A stretch of 64,000 nucleotides of DNA. Source: an uncultured bacterium (GTDB taxonomy: Bacteria > Verrucomicrobiota > Verrucomicrobiia > Limisphaerales > UBA8199). The stretch is taken from NCBI GenBank assembly GCA_963749495.1, contig CAVVMW010000006.1, positions 352,001 through 416,000 of the forward strand, in the 5' to 3' direction. Position 1 is the stretch's first letter. Each line of letters starts with the position of its first letter. Under the pieces are notes generated by a model, which was not told the DNA's origin, ran no database searches, and saw only the letters and a list, made by a program, of their open reading frames with translations. Shown in pieces: positions 55,479 to 64,000 of the stretch. Both the position numbers and the translations under genes were made by a program.

Positions 55479-55978
55479 GGATTTTGGGGTGTTGAGGGCG
55501 GTGGGTTGTGTCGCCCCCTTTTTTCTTGGTGGCCAACCAAGGCGCGTTCAATGCTCCGGGGATGGATGGTGAGCCGGAAGCGTTGCTGGACCTGTCGGGC
55601 CCACTGCTCCGCCGAGATCGCCGGTTGCTGGGCGCGCCTGGCTTGGAGAAAGCCCAAAACCTCGGGGGTGAATTTATGAGCGGTTTTGGGTCCCGGCTTG
55701 CGAGGCACCAGACCCTCCAGGCCCTGGAGGGCGAAGAGGTGTTTGGTTTGGTAAACCGTGGGTCGCGACAGCCCGAAATCTCGGGCGGCGCGGCTCAAGG
55801 ACCAGCCTTCGGCGCGGAGGGCGCGCAGGGCCTCATATTTGACTTGAAGGAGGTCGCGGGCATCAAAGAAGCCGCCGGGGACAAAGAGGGGGTGGCGGAC
55901 TTTGTTGGGGTGGGGATGCAGGGTATGGCTGGTTTGGAGGGCTTGGTGCTTGGCGTCGTGGGATGGAGCCGTTGGCAT
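55475..55978 (-). CDS. Helix-turn-helix protein of the recombinase element
   Basis: FFDARDLLQVKYEALR, AARDFGLSRPTVYQ, GLVPRKPGPK, HPRSIERAL. Confidence 0.8.
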   Translation of the reverse strand: MPTAPSHDAKHQALQTSHTLHPHPNKVRHPLFVPGGFFDARDLLQVKYEALRALRAEGWSLSRAARDFGLSRPTVYQTKHLFALQGLEGLVPRKPGPKTAHKFTPEVLGFLQARRAQQPAISAEQWARQVQQRFRLTIHPRSIERALVGHQEKRGRHNPPPSTPQNP

Positions 55979-56133
55979 AAAGGATGGGGGTGGGCTTATG
56001 TAAACTAGTTTATGTGAGTATAGTGGCGTCTCCGGCTCCGTGTCAACCCTATTATTTGCCTTATTATAGGCGTAACAATGCACATCAACCGCCCACACCC
56101 CAAAATCATTACACATATTCTTCTTTACAGCAT

Positions 56134-56439
56134 TCACATATTCCCCTTTACATCGTTGCGGCTTAAGTCCGCCACCAGTTGCGCCAGCCCAAGCAGGTCT
56201 TCCACCCGTGCGCAAGCGCGCCCCTGCGAGAGGGTCACAAACGGGTCGGCCGGTCCCAGGCTGGTCCAGGCTTCAGGCAATGAAATCAACTGTCCGGCGT
56301 CATCATGGAACCAGACCCGACGATCTCCCCAGCCCTGTCCGCGGCGCAGTAGTCTATACCCCCGGCCACGGAGCGGGTGATAGGGGTGCGTGATGCGAAA
56401 GACCTGTGCCAGATCGTCGCAATCAGGCGTAGTTGACAA
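56134..56439 (-). CDS. DUF5372-like small protein
   Basis: FRITHPYHPL, SLPEAWTS, DPF..LSQGR. Confidence 0.7.
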   Translation of the reverse strand: MSTTPDCDDLAQVFRITHPYHPLRGRGYRLLRRGQGWGDRRVWFHDDAGQLISLPEAWTSLGPADPFVTLSQGRACARVEDLLGLAQLVADLSRNDVKGNM

Positions 56440-56687
56440 GCTTGACCAAGGCCCTGCCTCCTAGGGATGAAGCGCGCCTTCAGCGCTCCGGTTGGCTTTT
56501 CGTGGCTTTTCCCAGGGCGTTGCCCTGGGCTGGTATGAACGACGCCTTTGGCGTCCAGAGCACGCGCCGCCGGTTCCGGCATGCACCCGAAGAATTCTGT
56601 CGTGCGCCCCGGGCGCGGTCTGCCTCGAACTTTTGGTTGCCGCCGCTGCGCGCTAAAAAGTAATCTAGGACAAACACGGGACCTTTT

Positions 56688-57395
56688 ATGTCGCCTTTTC
56701 TGGGTGAACTCATCGGAACGGCCCTCCTGCTCCTGCTGGGTGACGGAGTGGTAGCCAATGTGATCTTGAAAGACACAAAGGGAAGCAACGGCGGGTGGAT
56801 CGTCATCGCCTTTGGCTGGGCCATGGCGGTCTTCGTGGGCGTGCTCGTGGCCTCGGCAGCGAGCGGGGCGCACCTGAACCCGGCGGTGACGCTCGGGTTG
56901 GCCGCCGCCGGGAAGTTCGCCTGGAAGGGCGTGCCCTCGTATCTGCTGGCACAAATGCTCGGGGCCTGCCTGGGCGCGTGCCTGGTCTGGCTGCAATACA
57001 AATCGCACTTCGAGGTCACCGACAACCGGGACGCCAAGCTGGGAGTCTTCTGCACGGCGCCCCAGATTCGGGCGCCGCTTTGGAACTTCCTCTCCGAGGT
57101 CATCGGCACCTTCGTCCTGATGTTCGCGGTGCTGCGCATCTCCAGTCCGCAGGGGGGACTGGGTTCGCTGGACGCCCTCCCCGTGGCGCTGGTGGTCCTG
57201 GTCATCGGTTTGTCATTGGGCGGCACGACCGGTTACGCGATCAATCCCGCGCGCGATCTGGGGCCGCGCCTTGTACACGCCCTGCTGCCGATTCCCAATA
57301 AACGGGACAGCGACTGGGCCTATGCCTGGGTGCCTGTGGCCGGGCCGCTCATCGGGGCCCTGCTGGCGGCGGGCATTCACAGGTTGGTTTCCTGA
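56688..57395 (+). CDS. glpF: MIP family aquaglyceroporin
   Basis: SGAHLNPAVT and TGYAINPARDLGPR. Confidence 0.9.
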   Translation: MSPFLGELIGTALLLLLGDGVVANVILKDTKGSNGGWIVIAFGWAMAVFVGVLVASAASGAHLNPAVTLGLAAAGKFAWKGVPSYLLAQMLGACLGACLVWLQYKSHFEVTDNRDAKLGVFCTAPQIRAPLWNFLSEVIGTFVLMFAVLRISSPQGGLGSLDALPVALVVLVIGLSLGGTTGYAINPARDLGPRLVHALLPIPNKRDSDWAYAWVPVAGPLIGALLAAGIHRLVS

Positions 57396-57405
57396 GACTG
57401 GAACA

Positions 57406-57744
57406 ATGAAATTGCCCAATGCGCACCTTGCCGTCGTGGAGCAGGTGAAGATTGCCGGGTACCTTTTGAACGCGGCCCATCCCGATAACGGCGGCAAGGC
57501 GGATTTCTTCCTGGCGCTGGGTTTCCGAACGGGCGGTTGGCACAACCTGGCTACTGCCTTTCGCAAGCTGGCTGCGGAATGCCCTGTCACTAAAAAGATG
57601 GAATCTCCTCACGGATTAAAGTACATTGTGGACGGCAAGATCGAAACGCCCGCCGGCAAAAGCCCGGGGGTTCGGACGATCTGGGTCGTTGACCAGGGGT
57701 CGGAGACCCCGCGCCTGGTGACCGCATATCCATACAGAGACTGA
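57406..57744 (+). CDS. DUF6883-like protein
   Basis: KIAGYLLNAAHPD.GGKA.FF, RTIW, PRLVTAYP. Confidence 0.75.
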   Translation: MKLPNAHLAVVEQVKIAGYLLNAAHPDNGGKADFFLALGFRTGGWHNLATAFRKLAAECPVTKKMESPHGLKYIVDGKIETPAGKSPGVRTIWVVDQGSETPRLVTAYPYRD

Positions 57745-57755
57745 GAACGAGCAAT

Positions 57756-57983
57756 ATGAAAGAGCACGAGCGGATAGTCCTCACGACCCCTGTCCCGGCG
57801 CAAGGGCTGGAAGCCGGCGACGTTGGCACCATCGTTCATGTCTATCGGGACGGCGAGGCCTGCGAGGTCGAATTCCTCACCTTGGATGGCCGGACGGCGG
57901 CCGTGGTGACACTGGAATCGGGCCAAGTTCGCCGCGTCGGCCGCCGCGAAATCACGCACGCCCGGGAGTTGACGGCTGCTTAG
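57756..57983 (+). CDS. DUF4926-like protein
   Basis: GLEAGDVGTIVHVY, EVEF. Confidence 0.8.
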   Translation: MKEHERIVLTTPVPAQGLEAGDVGTIVHVYRDGEACEVEFLTLDGRTAAVVTLESGQVRRVGRREITHARELTAA

Positions 57984-58143
57984 TGGGCCGTTTCAGAAAT
58001 ACGCTAACGTATTCGGCGGGTCTTTTTCGCGCAGACTTCGTTGGTCGCTCGTCACGTATCACTGCGGATATGCTCCTCGCTCCCGCCTCGTCTGCACGAA
58101 AAATCCCTCGCCGCCTACGTCAGCGTATTTCTGAAACGGCCCA
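57984..58143. mobile_element. MITE-like element with ~27-bp terminal inverted repeats
   Basis: TGGGCCGTTTCAGAAATACGCT..ACGT / ACGT..AGCGTATTTCTGAAACGGCCCA, flanked by CTTAG on both sides. Confidence 0.65.
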
Positions 58144-58189
58144 CTTAGTTTGCCAGGCGGCTGTCCACCGATTGGTTTCCTGAGCCACG

Positions 58190-58970
58190 TTAAAACCGAT
58201 AGCCGAGTATCAGCTTCGCTATCACCTCATCGGTGCTGCGGGTCAGGCCGAAACCGACGCCGAGGTTGAACTCGACTTTGGGTGAAAGGTCCAGGTCAAT
58301 GGTGGGGAAGATCTGGTGCTGCTGTGCGGGCCAGGCATCGAAGCGGCCGACGGACCCCAGGCTGCTGTAGTATTCCACGCCCAAGGCTACCCGTTTTGTG
58401 ATTCCGTAACTGACCTTTGCGCTGGGGGCGAAGGCGAAGCCGGCGCTTCGAGTTCAAGCCGCGGAGCGACTTCTCGAACGCGGGATTCAACGCGGCGTAC
58501 CAACGGCCCCAGGTCTTGTCGAAGATCGGGCGCAGCTCCCAGGTCCAGGCGTCTTCGGAAAAAGACGGCCGCTGGTAGCCCAGCTCCGTCGAAAGGCTCA
58601 CGCCCACCGGCAAATGCCACTCCTCCGGGGCGCGCACGCGCGGCCGAATATGGTCGCCCACCCATTGCCAGCCCTGGCCCGGTTGGATGCTGCTGAACAC
58701 ATAGAAGCCGGTCTCAAACCAGGGCGTGAAGCCGTGTGTGACTTCCAAGGTCTCGTGAAAAGCATGGTTCGAGGGCAGCACGCCATTGATCTCATTGCGC
58801 TCGCCTTGAAACGCGTAATTGCTGTGCAACTCGACCATGGTTTGGCGCGCCGGCACTGTCTCCACCCCATACACCTGGATTTCGTAGTTGTCCTGGCCCA
58901 GGCCCGTGGATGAAAAAACCAGGCCCAGTGCCAAACCGGGGAGCAATCGAATGACCGCGCCTCGCCCCAT
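58190..58970 (-). CDS. Putative outer-membrane beta-barrel protein, frameshift near 58445
   Basis: Signal peptide, DNYEIQVYG, C-terminal LILGYRF. Confidence 0.7.
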
Positions 58971-59171
58971 GAGACCAGGAACCATTACCGCGCACGTTCC
59001 GCCCGCCGCCGGCCAAGGTCAAGCGTTTTCCAGCAGGCAAAATCATGATGGGCGGAATCATGACGGAGAACCGCCTGCCTCTGCTCGTAATGATTTTGCC
59101 CGCAATGATTCTGCCTTGCCTGGGCGCAGTTCCTCTTGACGGTCTCTAGCTGCGCGGTATATCGGAGGGTC

Positions 59172-61220
59172 ATGAACCGGCCCCGAACCAGAATCTCCAT
59201 GGCGTTCAAAGGAACTGGAATTGTGCGGTGCCCGTGGATCTTCTTGGCTCTCACTGTGTGTTGCCTCGCGGCGGTCGCGCCGGCCCGGGCGGCTACCGCC
59301 ACGCCCGAGGAGATGCAACAGATGCGGCAATGGTTGGGCGGGCACTCGGGGGAAAAGGGCCGGCCCCCCTTCTCGTTTCTTCTCGACGGCAAGCCCTGGA
59401 GCGGACGGGGCGTGGAGACGGCCAAACCCGCCGGGCCGCAACGGGTCGAGCACGAGACGGTTTTTGAAGGCTCCAGCCCAGGGCTCCGGATTCGATCCGT
59501 GCTGGCCGAGTACCAGGACTTCCCGACCCTGGAATGGACAGTGTATCTCAAGAACACAGGCAGCAACGACACGCCCATCCTTTCGGACATCCAGGCGCTG
59601 GACACGACCTTTGAGCGCCAAGCCGAGGGCGAGTTGACCCTGCGCCACTGGGCGGGCAGCCAGGCGACGATTGACGATTATCGGCCGTTTCAGACCGGGC
59701 TGGGGGCCAAGGCGGAAAAGCGGTTTGCCTCGAGCGGCGGCCGCGGCAGCGACGGGGTATGGCCTTACTTCAACATGGACTGGGGCACGGGTGGCATTAT
59801 CGCCGCTGTCGGCTGGCCGGGCCAGTGGGCGGCGACGTTCGCGCGCGACGACAAGACCGGCCTGCGCATCCGCGCCGGGCAGGAGTTGACTCACTTCAGG
59901 CTCAAGCCCGGCGAAGAGGCGCGCACCCCGCTGATCGTCCTGCAGTTCTGGAAGGGCGGCAACTGGGTCCGGGCGCAGAATGTCTGGCGCCACTGGATGC
60001 GGGAGCACAACATCCCTCGCCTTAATGGCCAACTGCCCCCGCCCCTCTTCCCGGCCTCCAGCGCCAACCAACTCAGCGAGATGCAAAAGGCCACCGAGCA
60101 AAACCAGAAGCAGTTCATCGATGGCTACCTGGCGCGCGGCATTCACCTCGATTTCTGGTGGATGGACGCCGGCTGGTACACATTCCGTGAGGGCTGGTGG
60201 AATGTCGGCACCTGGGAGGTGGACCGCAACCGCTTCCCCAATGGCCTGCGCGCCGTCAGCGATCACGCCCACCAGAACGGGGTCAAGACGTTGCTCTGGT
60301 TCGAGCCGGAGCGCGTCACGCCCGGCACCTGGCTCTACGAACATCACCGGGAATGGCTGCTCGGCGCCGACGGACAGCAAAAGCTCCTGGACCTCGGCAA
60401 CCCTGCTGCGCGGCAGTGGGTCGTCGAGCACGTCGAAAAGGTCATGGCCGAGGAAGGCATCAACATCTATCGCCAGGATTTCAATTTCCCCCCGCTCGGT
60501 TATTGGCGGGCCAATGACGCGCCCGATCGCCAGGGCCTCACGGAAATCCGGCACGTTTGCGGGTATCTTGCCTTTTGGGACGAATTGCGGCGCCGGCATC
60601 CCGGCCTGCTGATCGACACGTGTGCCTCCGGCGGGCGCCGCAACGATCTCGAAACTCTCCGGCGCTCGGTGCCACTGCACAAAAGCGACATGGAATACCC
60701 CAATCTCACTGCCAAGCAGACCCAGCTCTATGGCCTGGCCTTCTGGGCGCCGTACTTCGGGGCGCCCATCTACCCCGCCGAGCGCGTGGACGTCTATGGC
60801 TTCCGCAGCGGCATCGCTCCCATGACCGGCGCCGGTTACGACACGCGCCGCGAAGACCTGGACTACCCCCTGTTGCGCCGCCTGGTTGGGCAGTGGCGAA
60901 AAGCGGCGCCGATCCTCCTCAACGGGGACTATTATCCTCTAACCTCCTGGAGCGCCGCCGGCGACGCCTGGATGGCCTGGCAGTTTGACTGGCCTGAAAA
61001 CAACCAGGGCGTCGTGCAGGCCTTCCGCCGCCCGGACAGCCCTTATGAGTCCGCTCGGTTCCGCCTCTGCGGCCTGGGCGCCGCCGCCCAATACGCAGTG
61101 ACGGACCCGGACCAGGAACGGACGTTCCAAATGACTGGCCGTGAATTGATGGAGACCGGCTTGCTCGTGACGCTCAAGAACCGTCCCGCAGCGGGGCTCC
61201 TCACGTATAGGCGGGATTAG
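59172..61220 (+). CDS. Alpha-galactosidase, GH36-like
   Basis: WWMDAGWY, RFPNGL, LWFEPE, YRQDFN, DTCASGGRR. Confidence 0.85.
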   Translation: MNRPRTRISMAFKGTGIVRCPWIFLALTVCCLAAVAPARAATATPEEMQQMRQWLGGHSGEKGRPPFSFLLDGKPWSGRGVETAKPAGPQRVEHETVFEGSSPGLRIRSVLAEYQDFPTLEWTVYLKNTGSNDTPILSDIQALDTTFERQAEGELTLRHWAGSQATIDDYRPFQTGLGAKAEKRFASSGGRGSDGVWPYFNMDWGTGGIIAAVGWPGQWAATFARDDKTGLRIRAGQELTHFRLKPGEEARTPLIVLQFWKGGNWVRAQNVWRHWMREHNIPRLNGQLPPPLFPASSANQLSEMQKATEQNQKQFIDGYLARGIHLDFWWMDAGWYTFREGWWNVGTWEVDRNRFPNGLRAVSDHAHQNGVKTLLWFEPERVTPGTWLYEHHREWLLGADGQQKLLDLGNPAARQWVVEHVEKVMAEEGINIYRQDFNFPPLGYWRANDAPDRQGLTEIRHVCGYLAFWDELRRRHPGLLIDTCASGGRRNDLETLRRSVPLHKSDMEYPNLTAKQTQLYGLAFWAPYFGAPIYPAERVDVYGFRSGIAPMTGAGYDTRREDLDYPLLRRLVGQWRKAAPILLNGDYYPLTSWSAAGDAWMAWQFDWPENNQGVVQAFRRPDSPYESARFRLCGLGAAAQYAVTDPDQERTFQMTGRELMETGLLVTLKNRPAAGLLTYRRD

Positions 61221-61227
61221 TCCAATT

Positions 61228-61392
61228 AGTCCACAGTCCACAGTCCACAGTCCACAGTCCACAGTCAACGCTCCGGATGTCAGATTTCAGATTCTAGATC
61301 TCAAATTCCAGCGTCCACAATCCACAGTCGTAATGCCTCGGAGAAGCAGCGTGGGCTCTGGACTGTGGACTGTGGACTGTGGACTGTGGACT
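61228..61392. repeat. Inverted pair of (AGTCCAC)n/(GTGGACT)n heptamer arrays
   Basis: Between convergent genes. Confidence 0.9.
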
Positions 61393-63175
61393 AAGGTTCC
61401 GTCCACTTGCCGTGCTCCTTGATGAGGTCCACCAGGCGGTCCACGGCCTGGGCCTCGGGCAGGTTGAATTTGATGGGCGTCTTGCCGACGTAGAGGTTGA
61501 CCTTGCCGGGGGCGCCGCCGACGTAGCCGAAATCGGCATCGGCCATCTCGCCGGGTCCGTTGACGATGCAGCCCATGATGGCGATTTTGACGCCCTTGAG
61601 ATGCTCGGTGCGCGCCTTGATGCGCGCGGTGATTGTCTGGAGGTGAAACAGGGTGCGGCCGCAGGAGGGACAGGCGACATAGTCGGTCTTGAAGGAGCGG
61701 CAGCCGACCGCCTGCAGGATATTGTAGGCCAACCGCAGGGATTGGCCGGGGCCGGGTTCGCACCGCACCAGGATGGCGTCGCCGATGCCATCGGCCAGCA
61801 ATGAGCCGACGACGACCGGGGCGCGCAGCAAAGCGAGCTTGGGTTCGAGCGGCGCCGGGCCGGGTGCGAGGGTGTCTTTGAGCAGGATCGGGTTGGCGCG
61901 GCCCATCTGGTTGAGCCTGGCGGCCAGCAGGCGGAACGCGGCGATGGCCGGCAGCGGCGTGCCGTCTCTGACCGTGACCAGCCGGCTATCGGTCGCCAGT
62001 TGGAAATCCTTGGTCGGATCAATCTCCTCTGCGGCCAGGTCCTCATAGACCGCCTCCGGCTTTACGTCCGCCTTCGGGCTGAGCTTGGGGGCGACCTGCT
62101 CCCAGACAGCGCGAGTGACCACGACGCGCACGGTCTGCTGGCCGCCGCATCTGACGCCGCCGGGCAACTCGATTTCCGGCGCGCGCCGGCGGGAATAGGA
62201 AAAGGGATCGAACGGCCAGGCGCGTGACGCCGCCTCCGCGCCAGGGACGCTGCCGGCGGCCGGAGCGGACCGGGTCAGCAACGGGATCTGCGCCAAAAGA
62301 TCGCGGCAGACCTCGATCTCGAGCGGGGAATCTTCCGTGAGCGAGACGCGAATCGTGTCGCCCAGGCCGTCGCACAGGAGCGAGCCAATGCCGATGGCGC
62401 TCTTGATGCGGCCGGCCTCGCCCTCGCCGGCCTCGGTCACGCCCAGGTGAATCGGGTAGTTCCAGTCCGGGCCCTCCTGTTCCAGGCGGGCCGCCAGCAA
62501 CCGGTAGCACTGGATCATCACCTTGGGGTTGCTGGACTTCATCGAGAACTTGAAATTATGGAAATCGTGCTTGCGGGCGATGCGAGCAAACTCCAGAGCG
62601 CTTTCGACCATCCCCAGGGGCGAGTCGCCGAAGCGGTTCATGATGCGATCGCTCAACGAGCCGTGATTGGTCCCGATGCGCACGGCGCGGCCCAAGTCGC
62701 GGCAGAGCCTGACCAGCGGCGTGAATTTCTCCTCGATGCGCGCCAACTCGGCCGCATACTGCGCGTCGGTGTACTCCTTGACGGCGAATTTCTTGGAATC
62801 CGCGTAATTGCCGGGGTTGATGCGCACCATCTCGACCCACCGGGCCGCCTCGAGGGCCGCCTCGGGTTTGAAGTGGATGTCGGCCACGATCGGGACGTTG
62901 CACCCGCGCGCGCGCAGTTGGGCGACGATGTTCCTGAGGTTGGCGGCGTCGTTGACCGTGGGCGCGGTGATGCGCACGATCTGGCAGCCCACCGCCGCCA
63001 ATTCGAGCGTCTGCCTCACACACTGCGCTGTGTCCATGGTGTCGCAAGTGAGCATGGACTGAACGGCCACGGGGCGGCCCCCGCCCAGGATGACGCCGCC
63101 GCGCGCCGGGTCGCCGACGACGACCTCACGGGTGGAACGGCGCCGGAACAAGAACGGGGAGTCGCAGAAGCGCAT
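61391..63175 (-). CDS. ispG: 4-hydroxy-3-methylbut-2-en-1-yl diphosphate synthase, long form
   Basis: VQSM, VADIHF, RINPGN, HLGVTEAG, GDTIRVSLT, CPSCGRT, MGCIVNGPGE. Confidence 0.95.
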   Translation of the reverse strand: MRFCDSPFLFRRRSTREVVVGDPARGGVILGGGRPVAVQSMLTCDTMDTAQCVRQTLELAAVGCQIVRITAPTVNDAANLRNIVAQLRARGCNVPIVADIHFKPEAALEAARWVEMVRINPGNYADSKKFAVKEYTDAQYAAELARIEEKFTPLVRLCRDLGRAVRIGTNHGSLSDRIMNRFGDSPLGMVESALEFARIARKHDFHNFKFSMKSSNPKVMIQCYRLLAARLEQEGPDWNYPIHLGVTEAGEGEAGRIKSAIGIGSLLCDGLGDTIRVSLTEDSPLEIEVCRDLLAQIPLLTRSAPAAGSVPGAEAASRAWPFDPFSYSRRRAPEIELPGGVRCGGQQTVRVVVTRAVWEQVAPKLSPKADVKPEAVYEDLAAEEIDPTKDFQLATDSRLVTVRDGTPLPAIAAFRLLAARLNQMGRANPILLKDTLAPGPAPLEPKLALLRAPVVVGSLLADGIGDAILVRCEPGPGQSLRLAYNILQAVGCRSFKTDYVACPSCGRTLFHLQTITARIKARTEHLKGVKIAIMGCIVNGPGEMADADFGYVGGAPGKVNLYVGKTPIKFNLPEAQAVDRLVDLIKEHGKWTEP

Positions 63176-63176
63176 G

Positions 63177-64000
63177 TCAACCCTTGTCCGCCGGCTTGGG
63201 GGAGAACCTGATGTCCGGGGGTTTGTCCTTGCTGCGTTTCCAGGGGAGGTCCTGCACGTCGTAAAAGGCGATATAGAGCATGAAGCCAATGAGGAGCACG
63301 GCGCAGGAGGTCTGGATGGCGCCCACCAGGCGTGCGCTCATGGGCTTGCGCCGGACCCCCTCGATGAGCGCCAGCAGGATGTGGCCGCCGTCCAGGACCG
63401 GGATGGGCAGCATGTTCAAGAGCGCCAGGTTGACGTTCATCAGGACGCTGAACCAGATCGCCAGCCGCCACCCCTGCTCGGCGTTGAAGAGGCGGTAATA
63501 GACGTCCATGATCTTCACCGCCCCGCCCAGGTGCTGGGGTTTGATGTCCGACTTGGGGGCAAAGAGCGCCCCGAAGGTCTCCAGCATGGCATTGACGCTT
63601 GCCCGGACCTGCGCCCACGCCCCGGGGTGGACCAGGGTGGTTTTGCCGTTGGCATCCCAGGTGATGCCCAGGCGCGGCTGCTCGCCGGGTGGGCTGATCG
63701 GCTTCTCGGGAGTCAGGCTCGCCGCAAAGCACTTGCCTCGGCGCTCGACCGTCAGCGTGAGCCGCTGATCCGGGTGGTCCTTGATGTAGTCGGCCAGGTC
63801 CGCAAAATGGAAGAGAGGCACCCCGTTGAGATCGAGGATAGCGTCGCCCCGCTCCAATCCGGCTGCCGCGGCCGGGCTGTTGGGCTTGACCTCGGCTATT
63901 ACCGAAGACTCGGCGGGCAACCACTTGACCGTGCGCAAGCTCTTGCGCTGCCAGAACTTGGTCTCCTCTTTTGTGGGGGGCACCGCGAAATCGAGCACCT
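63177..64000 (-). CDS. rseP: RIP metalloprotease RseP, partial (N-terminus outside the window)
   Basis: PDZ SPAAAAGL and NMLPIPVLDGGH; upstream of ispG. Confidence 0.88.
   Translation of the reverse strand, partial: VLDFAVPPTKEETKFWQRKSLRTVKWLPAESSVIAEVKPNSPAAAAGLERGDAILDLNGVPLFHFADLADYIKDHPDQRLTLTVERRGKCFAASLTPEKPISPPGEQPRLGITWDANGKTTLVHPGAWAQVRASVNAMLETFGALFAPKSDIKPQHLGGAVKIMDVYYRLFNAEQGWRLAIWFSVLMNVNLALLNMLPIPVLDGGHILLALIEGVRRKPMSARLVGAIQTSCAVLLIGFMLYIAFYDVQDLPWKRSKDKPPDIRFSPKPADKG

Larger units (their letters stand above)
53742..56445 (-). mobile_element. Large serine recombinase-associated element (DUF5372-like, HTH, small ORF, recombinase), defective
   Basis: Co-oriented four-gene array with lower GC and atypical codon use; boundaries approximate. 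Confidence 0.75.

Noticed and set aside
61391..63175. Extra domain in IspG as a novelty
   Set aside because: Long three-domain IspG is already known from several bacterial phyla and plants

Overview
High-GC bacterial chromosome segment. The gene repertoire (prepilin-type secreted protein, kinase-WD40, HEAT-repeat membrane proteins, long-form IspG) suggests Verrucomicrobiota or another PVC lineage; this is inference. Most of the window is housekeeping: nadA, a korDABC-gltA-mdh-sdhCAB TCA block, gdhA, purB, alr, a Xer-type recombinase, a second mdh, tsaB/tsaE/thiL, a GlpF-type channel, ispG, rseP and several glycoside hydrolase-like genes. About 11 genes carry single-base frameshifts, probably long-read errors. 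The intergenic DNA is dense in REP-like palindromes and inverted pairs of heptamer tandem repeats, some of which sit in frame inside genes. The most unusual signal is two AT-rich stutter arrays (15.3-15.7 kb on +, 52.7-53.0 kb on -). Both are built from 5'-truncated copies of the same 29-nt motif CATTGTAAAAAAGTATAGATGTGACCCCG, preceded by a hairpin with a compensatory base change. Both lie at rearrangement junctions: a truncated IS-associated gene, a ~380-bp duplicated gene end and orphan gene tails. A RAYT-like transposase remnant and a GACCCC-ended mini-element also occur in the window. No rRNA, tRNA or CRISPR-cas was recognised.
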